This document shows positions 8,746-15,847 of a DNA stretch of 64,000 bases, piece after piece. Each line of letters begins with the position of its first letter. The first letter of the stretch is position 1. The translations under genes and the position numbers were made by a program. Below the pieces are notes generated by a model. It was not told the DNA's origin. It saw only the letters and a list, made by a program, of their open reading frames with translations, and did no database searches. The stretch comes from Anaerolineales bacterium (GTDB lineage Bacteria > Chloroflexota > Anaerolineae > Anaerolineales > UBA11858): positions 538 through 64,537 of the forward strand of contig JBARSF010000005.1 in NCBI GenBank assembly GCA_049644605.1, written 5' to 3'.

Positions 8746-10458
8746 ATGAAAAGGAAATTATCATTGATCATGATCATGATCGGGATCGCGATGCTGTTTT
8801 TAGGATGTGGTCCGAATGAGTCCGAACAAATTGCCACTATCACCCAGATCGCTGCCGGAATCCTCGCTACCCAGACCGCCCAGGCGCCAACCATCACTCC
8901 AACTCCCTCTTTTGGGCCTGGGGACACAAGTGTCTCCCCTGTGGATGGAATGGTAATGCATTATATCCCGGGCGGTGAGTACATTCTAGGTTCCACGCAG
9001 GAAGATGTGGATTGGGCCGGAGAAGCATGTGTTCAGTTCAGTGAATATTGTAGTTCAAGTTCCTTCGAACATGAAATGCCTCAGCATAGTGTCCAGCTTG
9101 ATCCATACTGGATTGATCAGGTTGAGGTCACAATGGCTATGTTTACCAGGTTCATAGAGGAGACCGGTTATGAGACAGAAGCGGAGCGTATTCAGTATTC
9201 GTTTGTCAATGAAACTGGAACTTTTAAAGTCGTTCAGGACGCCGATTGGGAAAATCCATTTGGACCGGATTTTGAGCCCAAGGAGGAGGATCCAGTAGTG
9301 CATGTTAGCTGGTACGATGCCTGGGCATACTGCGCGTGGGCTGGACGCAGACTGCCTACTGAGGCCGAATGGGAGGCGGCTGCTCGTGGCACGGACCTGC
9401 GCCGTTTCCCATGGGGAGATACGCTTCCGGGAGACACACTCGCAAATCTAGCTGATATTAATTTAGATTCTTCCCGTATAAAAAACGAGGATGTGGATGA
9501 CGGTTTTCAAACAGTTAGCCCAGTGATGAGTTACCCCGAGGGCGCCAGCCCGTTTGGTGTCTTGGATATGGGAGGTAATGCCGCAGAATGGGTCTATGAT
9601 TGGTATACCCCTATGTATGATCTCCCTTCACCGGCTGTGAACCCGGTTAATACTACAGAAGTGGAAGTACGTGTGGTTCGAGGTGGCAGCTATAATAGTA
9701 TGCTCACTGCCGCCCGCACCTCAAGCAGAGGTGGGTCCAACCCTTATACGAGTACCAGCTATACCGGATTCCGCTGTGTGTCCTCAGACTTGGAACTACC
9801 TGACCCGCCTGACCGGGATATCACTCTGCCCGACCTGGCGCTTCTTGTGACAAAATCCGTCCTGGACCCCGAAGGACTAGAAATCCAAGGTTCTATATCG
9901 AGCGCCGATGATCTGAAAATCACCGGGCAATACAACCAGTGTTCACGCATAAAAATTTCCACTCCCGAGTTCTCGGAAGGATGGATAGATACGTGGAAGG
10001 TTGTGCTTTACAAGGATTGTTCTGAGCTGGAGGAGTATTTCTTGCGTCTCAGTTCTGGAACTTGGAAAGGAAGATATGAGCGCGGCGATGGGCGAGGTGC
10101 CCTGACGATTTCGAACCAAGGAAATATGGATGCGATGGTTGTGTTGAGCCGAGTTGAGCCAGAACGCGACCCTGATCTGGACGACAGTTTTTATGATTCC
10201 TGGATTTATATTCGATCGGGCGAACAAGCAACTATCGAGTACCTTCCTGATGGTCAATACGAGGTGTTCATCACCACAGGTACCACCTGGGTTCCATACG
10301 AAAAGCGATTCCAGCAGGCAGCCAGTTATGAGAAGCTTGAGGACTTCCTGGAGATCACTTCCACAGCTAGTACCTATTCGATTTGGGAGCTTACATTGGA
10401 GACTTCAGAAGGAGAAGCCGGCAGCATTCCAGTCAATGAGAGCGATTTTCCTCAATGA
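8746..10458 (+). CDS. Lipoprotein with non-catalytic FGE/SUMF1-like domain, copy C
   Basis: Lipobox MKRKLSLIMIMIGIAMLFLGC. Motifs YWIDQVEVTMAMF, RLPTEAEWEAAARG, GNAAEWVYDWY, VRGGSY, TGFRCV. C-terminal tail EGEAGSIPVNESDFPQ is nearly identical to that of copy A. Confidence 0.85.
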   Translation: MKRKLSLIMIMIGIAMLFLGCGPNESEQIATITQIAAGILATQTAQAPTITPTPSFGPGDTSVSPVDGMVMHYIPGGEYILGSTQEDVDWAGEACVQFSEYCSSSSFEHEMPQHSVQLDPYWIDQVEVTMAMFTRFIEETGYETEAERIQYSFVNETGTFKVVQDADWENPFGPDFEPKEEDPVVHVSWYDAWAYCAWAGRRLPTEAEWEAAARGTDLRRFPWGDTLPGDTLANLADINLDSSRIKNEDVDDGFQTVSPVMSYPEGASPFGVLDMGGNAAEWVYDWYTPMYDLPSPAVNPVNTTEVEVRVVRGGSYNSMLTAARTSSRGGSNPYTSTSYTGFRCVSSDLELPDPPDRDITLPDLALLVTKSVLDPEGLEIQGSISSADDLKITGQYNQCSRIKISTPEFSEGWIDTWKVVLYKDCSELEEYFLRLSSGTWKGRYERGDGRGALTISNQGNMDAMVVLSRVEPERDPDLDDSFYDSWIYIRSGEQATIEYLPDGQYEVFITTGTTWVPYEKRFQQAASYEKLEDFLEITSTASTYSIWELTLETSEGEAGSIPVNESDFPQ

Positions 10459-10579
10459 TGGAATTTCAGGCGTTTACTCGCTACCAGGAAATATGGTCCA
10501 CCTGGAGAGTATCCAAACTCAATAATGGGATTGTTCTGACCAGCAATAATGCCCGCAGTTTACGGGGCTAATTACCCTC

Positions 10580-12349
10580 TTATTGTCTTTCGATCTGAAA
10601 TCCTGCCCTAGCCAATAATCGAGGGAGATCGCGGATATATACTTTGTTTTTTTCCTTTTCGCTAGGCGGTAGCTCCTCCCAGGGGATCAGATTCGGATTA
10701 GTCTTTTGATCAGAGTCTTTTTTTGATCCATAACGCCAGCCTTCAGCTTTTTTCTCCCGGCACCAGGACTCATGCTCCAGCTTTGCCATGCGGGTGACCT
10801 CATCGTCCTGATTGTCCCCCTTTTCGCTGAATACAAAATTCTCTGCATCCCAATCCCGCAAGGGTGCGATCCGGTACCCTGCTGAATTTAACATCACCGG
10901 TATTCTATCAGCCTGGCGGCGGTTCTTTTCTTTGATATATTCCGACAGATTATCCCAGGGGACAAGAACCTCGCTGGGCTGTTGAGCAATTCCAGAAAGG
11001 TTGATCCCTTCCAGGTAGACCCCATGAAGATTGCGGGCCAGGACCTCATGGGTGCCCTTCTCGAGGATCTCGGCGGTGCAGGTCTGGTCAAGTAAATCAA
11101 AGATCCGTAGATTCCCGAAAGACTTCTGGGCACCTGGATCCTCGCCCAGCAGAAGCCCCAGTCCTCCACTTTCAATCATTCGCAGGATAATCGGAATCTG
11201 ATAATTTCGGAGTTGGTGGTTGAGTCTAAGCCCGGTTTGCAAACTGAATCCTTCATCATCCAGGCAGACATACACAAAATCTAGCGGGAAGGTATTGTCT
11301 TGATTAAAAAGGGATCCAATTCGTTCAAAATCCCCCGACAGGATATTCATGTTTACCGCATTAAATTCACACAATTCCTCAAGTTGTGGGGTTTGAATTT
11401 GGAGGGATTCCAGGATTTGTTCCGCGTTCAGGTCGATGATGGATATGTGTATCTTTCTCTTGGGATCCGGGTTGTGAATTCTCCACCCACGGGCAGCTTC
11501 CACAACTAACCGTTGTCCCATTTTACCCAAACCAACCACCAGTATGTGGGGTTGTTGATTGGTTGGTTCCCTCATCCAGGGAGGACTTTCTTGCAGCATC
11601 AGCCGGGCACCCCGGTCAAAGATATTAAACAGCTCCAACCGGAAATGCGCATTGTTGTTTGTATGCAGTTCTTTTTCCCGCAAAAGTTCCCAGAGCTGGG
11701 AATCAAAAATATGGATGATACAGGTCAAGGTACCGCCCTTTCTTGAGCGGGATAGTTTTTCAGCCTGCACAGCCACTTCTGCGTTTTTTCCATCGTCCCC
11801 TAATACCGAGATCAGGCATTTGGCCCGGTGAAGCTTAACTTTTTCCAGCAAATCTGGATCCACGGCATCTCCATGGATAACTATGGCTCCTGCCGAACGG
11901 GCATTTTCAATCCAATCGTTTCCTTCGTCCATTTCTATCACTACGACAGGATTTCCACCCTGGAGAAATTGTGTCGTGAGACGGAATCCCTTTCTGCCCA
12001 GCCCACAGATAATGATCTGATCCCGGATAAACCACAGCCGGATCCGGTCCGTTTGCTGGATAAAGAGGGAAGTAAAAGCCAAAAAGGCAGTATAAGCGGT
12101 AACGGCCGGGACTAAAAATCGAGCGATTTGCAGTTCCCAGCTGACAGGAGGGGGTACAGCGCCAGAATTCATGGAAATTAATCCCAACGTCAGGTAAAGA
12201 TTGTCCAGGAAAGTCCGTTCCCCTCCTGCAACCAAGCCGTTTTTCCAGAAACCAATAAATCCCAGAATCAGGGAAGATAAACCAAGAGTCAGGATAATGA
12301 ACCAGCTGTAATCAGACCAAATACTCCGTAAATATTTTCCCCTGCTCAT
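10580..12349 (-). CDS. 2TM pore-loop channel-like membrane protein with two RCK/TrkA-N-type Rossmann domains and two C-terminal RyR repeats
   Basis: TM1 is WFIILTLGLSSLILGFIGFW, followed by a pore-helix/filter-like LDNLYLTLGLISMNSG and then TM2 LQIARFLVPAVTAYTAFLAFTSLFI. GxGxxG motifs IIICGLGRKG and VVGLGKMGQ are present. RyR-type repeats are VPWDNLSEYIKEKNRRQADRIPVMLNSAGYRI and EHESWCREKKAEGWRYG...IPWEELPPSEKEKNKVYIRDLPRLLARAGFQI. Confidence 0.8.
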   Translation of the reverse strand: MSRGKYLRSIWSDYSWFIILTLGLSSLILGFIGFWKNGLVAGGERTFLDNLYLTLGLISMNSGAVPPPVSWELQIARFLVPAVTAYTAFLAFTSLFIQQTDRIRLWFIRDQIIICGLGRKGFRLTTQFLQGGNPVVVIEMDEGNDWIENARSAGAIVIHGDAVDPDLLEKVKLHRAKCLISVLGDDGKNAEVAVQAEKLSRSRKGGTLTCIIHIFDSQLWELLREKELHTNNNAHFRLELFNIFDRGARLMLQESPPWMREPTNQQPHILVVGLGKMGQRLVVEAARGWRIHNPDPKRKIHISIIDLNAEQILESLQIQTPQLEELCEFNAVNMNILSGDFERIGSLFNQDNTFPLDFVYVCLDDEGFSLQTGLRLNHQLRNYQIPIILRMIESGGLGLLLGEDPGAQKSFGNLRIFDLLDQTCTAEILEKGTHEVLARNLHGVYLEGINLSGIAQQPSEVLVPWDNLSEYIKEKNRRQADRIPVMLNSAGYRIAPLRDWDAENFVFSEKGDNQDDEVTRMAKLEHESWCREKKAEGWRYGSKKDSDQKTNPNLIPWEELPPSEKEKNKVYIRDLPRLLARAGFQIERQ

Positions 12350-12431
12350 ATCTCTCTCCAGTGATCCTTTGTGATTACGGTTTCCATCCTGAAATCAAAA
12401 CCACGCTATTTGATTAGCAAGAAATCAATGG

Positions 12432-12992
12432 TTAATCCGGAAAATTTTCGTAGAATACCTTTCCTTGATCTTCCCCAAGAGTGGTGGGCTCTTCCGTACC
12501 CGGTACCCGGTTGCCGGCCATGATCCAGGCCAGTGGCAGGCCAATCAGGCGTGCTGCAGCAGCAATCTCACCTGTCCCCCCAACCCCCTGGGCTTCCCGA
12601 CCATCCCACACCACCAGGATGACAGCACTATGTTCCAGTACGTATGTCCCAACAGCGGCATATGCATCCTCACGGGTTGGGGAAGGAGGTATGGTGAATA
12701 CCTGATCCGCTTGTGACACCAGCGCCTGGAATTCTTTTTTAGATTCTGGGGATTTGAATTCTGATGAATAAACATCTTGAGGAACGGGCAGCGGCACAAT
12801 TAGTTGAGCTCCGGGTCTTTTAAGCACACGTTGCGCTGCCAGGCGATCGGCTCCCTCCGCCAGGGAAGAGATCACCTGGAATGAGGGGTCTCCAAAAATC
12901 CTCTCAATGTGGGTGAGAGCCTGATCAATCCCTGCGGTGAGTTTATCCACCTCGGACAGGAAACGGTGACCGGAGACACCAATGGTAAGCAT
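12432..12992 (-). CDS. SLOG-superfamily-like small protein (YpsA/DUF1273-, LOG-, DprA-like Rossmannoid)
   Basis: Motifs GVSGHR (N-terminal), SLAEGADRLAAQ and GVGGTGEIAAAA are arranged as in SLOG proteins; compare DprA in this window, SGLARGIDGIAHQ...ERSGALITA. The start lies 3 nt after the upstream stop, suggesting translational coupling. Fold assignment rests on motifs only. Confidence 0.6.
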   Translation of the reverse strand: MLTIGVSGHRFLSEVDKLTAGIDQALTHIERIFGDPSFQVISSLAEGADRLAAQRVLKRPGAQLIVPLPVPQDVYSSEFKSPESKKEFQALVSQADQVFTIPPSPTREDAYAAVGTYVLEHSAVILVVWDGREAQGVGGTGEIAAAARLIGLPLAWIMAGNRVPGTEEPTTLGEDQGKVFYENFPD

Positions 12993-12995
12993 CGT

Positions 12996-15659
12996 TCAGG
13001 AATCCTTACCTTCATCATTCAAATCAGCTACTGTATATCCAATCTCAGTCAGCAGCCGGGGTATTGCCCGCACCAGGTCTCGGTCTTTATCCTTTTCAGC
13101 TTCAGGAAGATCTTCCCAGGGAATTAGTGCAGAATGCTGTTTCATAGATTTATTTGTTTCAGGAGCATATTTCCAACCGGCTTTGAGTTTGGAATTCATC
13201 CAGCGTTCATGCTCCATTATTGAGAGGCGTTCCAGGTCATCCTCTCCCTTGGGAAACTCCGCCGGCTCGTTGCTGCGGGCTGGAAGCATCACATACCCAA
13301 TCCGACCCAACTTGTGGGGAATATCACGAACTGCAGACCTGTTCTGTTCCTTTTCATCCTCTGGTAAATCTTCCCAGGGAAGAAGAGCACTGTGGGTTTT
13401 CCCATCATCGTTGGTGATTGGTCCGTATTTATATCCTTTCTCTTCCATTTTCTGGCAGAAGATTTGATGGTGGATGCTGGCCAATTTTTCCAACAGCTCT
13501 CCTTCTAAATTTACCTGCTGGACCAGGGCCAGGAATTCCTGCCCATTAACATGCAGGTCCAGCTGGCTTTCCGAAGGTAGACTGGAGCGGGAAAACCGGG
13601 TTTTGCTGGAAAGTTGGCTCATGGTTAAAATAGTTTCTATGGAGCGAACTCCGTGTTTGTAGTTACTTATATGCAGGAAAGCCCGCAGAACACCTTGATC
13701 GATATTTAATTTATTGTCTTGGAATAGATCGGGTTGATTAAGAAGCAGAATGGACCGCAGCAGGATCGCCCGCCGGATTATGGTATGGGGATCGTCCTCC
13801 CCCTGTTGCGGATTGGGACCGAGCACATTAACGTAGCCTTTTAACCGGCTAACAAAATCAGGCACTTTAGCAGCCCGGGCTTCTTCAGTGCTCAAACCTT
13901 TTCCAAAATCAGCCATTGTATGGCTGGTGCCGCCGGCAAAAACAAAGATTGAGCGCCCAATAGGATGAGTGATTTGTTCTTCCCGGAAGGCGCCGTCCTG
14001 CATGGGAGCCAGGAAGTAGCGCAACCATCCCAGGGTTTTATCACCTAAAGAGGTGTCAAACTCATCCCAGAATACCAGGGGAATTTTCCCATCAAGATTT
14101 ACATCCCTTACCTGATGGAGAGCATCCGGCAGCTCATCGATCGTATTCATCTGGGAGAGGTTAAATTCCAGTTTTTCGATCTTGCCGGGCGCAAGCGATT
14201 TTGCCACTTGCGTGATACCAAACGATTTCCCTGATCCAGGCGCCCCAAAAACCCCAATGGAAAGTGGGCGTTTTGGGCGATCCTGTTGGAGGTATTCATC
14301 CACCAAGGTGCAGATGGCCCGAAAACTTTCGATCTCCTGGCGATCCACAGTAACCAGATGACCAAATTTTCCAAAAGGAACATCGGGCAGAGCTGTTTCT
14401 ATGCCTTCCAGCACAGTTTGTTCCGCCACCTGGTCGAGATCATGCTGGTGCCGGTCATGTAAAATGGTCCAAAATTTACTTTGCTGAGTTTGACCAGCCT
14501 GTACCAGAGAGCGGACCGGATCTTGAACTTTGACATCAGCTAGAGGTTTTGCTGTTCCCGTTAACACCCTGGCGATATTTTGTATTGGAAAACGAACAGC
14601 GAATTTTTCACCGGGAGCTGGTTCTCCTTCATAACCATTCAGGTGAAGCTGGCGCAGGGCAGAGAAACCCGTTTGTATGCCTAGCGGGATGTCCGGATGG
14701 TCTTCTGAGATCATCAATTGATAAACCAGACCGGCAGTTAAACAGCTGGTATAGCCGATCATGCCCCCAGGATGATTTTGAATCCAGGTGCCTTCGATGG
14801 CCTCTGGGTCGAAGAATAATCGGCATTGGGTTGCCAGAGGAGAGGGCTGATTTTCCCCACTTGGATCTGGCCGGGAAAGCAGGGCTGCGCCCTCTGTGTA
14901 AAAAGAAAGCACCACATAGGCGCAGCGCGCTAGGCTATTCACGCGGGGATTGTGGACCAGTTCCCAGGCGACATCCTGAGCGGTTCGTTCCCAGGACAGT
15001 CCTTGGCTGATTTGGACTTCTGTCAGCCGCAGATCGTTGGCCGTAAGTATAACCACTAAACGATCTGCATGGTTTTTGAGGAGGTGATCCCAGAGGGGGC
15101 CCTGGGCAATGGGGCTGGCCATTTTAACCACAATCCAGGGAGTCTTCCCTGTTGCGGTCAGCGCTTTGGGCCAAAGAGCGGGCTGATCACGGAATCCCAA
15201 ATTTGCATCATCAAGGACGATTAAATCTGCTTCTAGGGGTTCATCCGCTATTTGGGAGGAAAGTGTATCCCCTGCTGGTAAATTACTGCTGCCTCCCAGA
15301 TCCAAGCCTAAAAAGTTTTCCACCCGCCAGGCTTTTCCGGTTGGGGATTTATATAAAGACCATAAAGAGTAAGAGTGATGGAATTGAGGATCACTTGGAA
15401 ATATTTGATCTGGGAAAGGAGTAGAGCTTAGAATCTTATGTCTGGCTTGAGTATCAGCAGCCTTGATTTGAGCAACTGCTTCGATTAAATCCGCTATTAG
15501 TGCTGCACCACCCCGCTGCGAATACGCTCGGGTCCAAGAGTTGGGATTCCAGGTCTGCGGAGCTCCATCACTGGATTGCCCTATATGGGCGATGTTCCAG
15601 TCGATGGTGATATCACCGGAAATTAATATAGTCCGGGGAGAAGAGGATTTTGAGGTCAT
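12996..15659 (-). CDS. Degenerate PfkB/ribokinase-like N-domain - AAA+ ATPase - tandem RyR repeats
   Basis: The N-terminal ~340 aa carries ILISGDITIDW, RGGAALIADLI, ADLIVLDD, RLVVILTANDLRL and HPGGMIGYTSCLTAG, which follow ribokinase-like order but lack the GAGD catalytic signature. Walker A is GAPGSGKS (nt 14223-14246), Walker B is PLVFWDEFD, and sensor-1-like is FVFAGGT. Two RyR repeats occupy nt 12999-13496: KMEEKGYKYG...LLPWEDLPEDEKEQNRSAVRDIPHKLGRIGY and EHERWMNSKLKAGWKYA...LIPWEDLPEAEKDKDRDLVRAIPRLLTEIGY. Confidence 0.8.
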   Translation of the reverse strand: MTSKSSSPRTILISGDITIDWNIAHIGQSSDGAPQTWNPNSWTRAYSQRGGAALIADLIEAVAQIKAADTQARHKILSSTPFPDQIFPSDPQFHHSYSLWSLYKSPTGKAWRVENFLGLDLGGSSNLPAGDTLSSQIADEPLEADLIVLDDANLGFRDQPALWPKALTATGKTPWIVVKMASPIAQGPLWDHLLKNHADRLVVILTANDLRLTEVQISQGLSWERTAQDVAWELVHNPRVNSLARCAYVVLSFYTEGAALLSRPDPSGENQPSPLATQCRLFFDPEAIEGTWIQNHPGGMIGYTSCLTAGLVYQLMISEDHPDIPLGIQTGFSALRQLHLNGYEGEPAPGEKFAVRFPIQNIARVLTGTAKPLADVKVQDPVRSLVQAGQTQQSKFWTILHDRHQHDLDQVAEQTVLEGIETALPDVPFGKFGHLVTVDRQEIESFRAICTLVDEYLQQDRPKRPLSIGVFGAPGSGKSFGITQVAKSLAPGKIEKLEFNLSQMNTIDELPDALHQVRDVNLDGKIPLVFWDEFDTSLGDKTLGWLRYFLAPMQDGAFREEQITHPIGRSIFVFAGGTSHTMADFGKGLSTEEARAAKVPDFVSRLKGYVNVLGPNPQQGEDDPHTIIRRAILLRSILLLNQPDLFQDNKLNIDQGVLRAFLHISNYKHGVRSIETILTMSQLSSKTRFSRSSLPSESQLDLHVNGQEFLALVQQVNLEGELLEKLASIHHQIFCQKMEEKGYKYGPITNDDGKTHSALLPWEDLPEDEKEQNRSAVRDIPHKLGRIGYVMLPARSNEPAEFPKGEDDLERLSIMEHERWMNSKLKAGWKYAPETNKSMKQHSALIPWEDLPEAEKDKDRDLVRAIPRLLTEIGYTVADLNDEGKDS

Positions 15660-15847
15660 GGGACTGCCTTTTTATAATCTGCGTGAATGAACAGGGTTCG
15701 CTTTTTACAGGAAGACTTATTACTTTTGTATATAGTATTCGTAACGTATAGCCTTTATAATTATAATCGTTTCTATGCTGAGAGGGGATGAGTACAGAAA
15801 AGCACTGAACAATTATTTCGAAAAAATGAAATCCAAATTAACAAGGT

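Noticed and set aside
5028-8927. Antisense ORFs rich in VGVG/GVGV (5028-5453, 5248-5643, 5999-6244, 7951-8217, 8135-8377, 8589-8927)
   Set aside because: They are reverse-complement readings of the Thr/Pro (ACN/CCN) linkers of the lipoprotein genes. They lack RBSs and overlap strongly supported CDSs.
493-10458. Annotating the three FGE-domain proteins as genuine formylglycine-generating enzymes / sulfatase maturases
   Set aside because: The two catalytic Cys after the RGGS motif are absent in all three copies. The proteins are lipoproteins, so extracytoplasmic. No sulfatase gene is nearby. A binding or sensor role is more likely.
10459-10579. Possible terminator hairpin (CCCG-cagttta-CGGG) between the convergent FGE-C and channel genes
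   Set aside because: It has only a 4-bp stem and no T-tract, which is too weak to call.
12982-13467. 161-aa plus-strand ORF (and others such as 14549-15010 and 11300-12115) inside the minus-strand operon
   Set aside because: They are antisense to long CDSs with clear domain motifs, have Ser/Arg-rich low-information composition, and lack RBSs.
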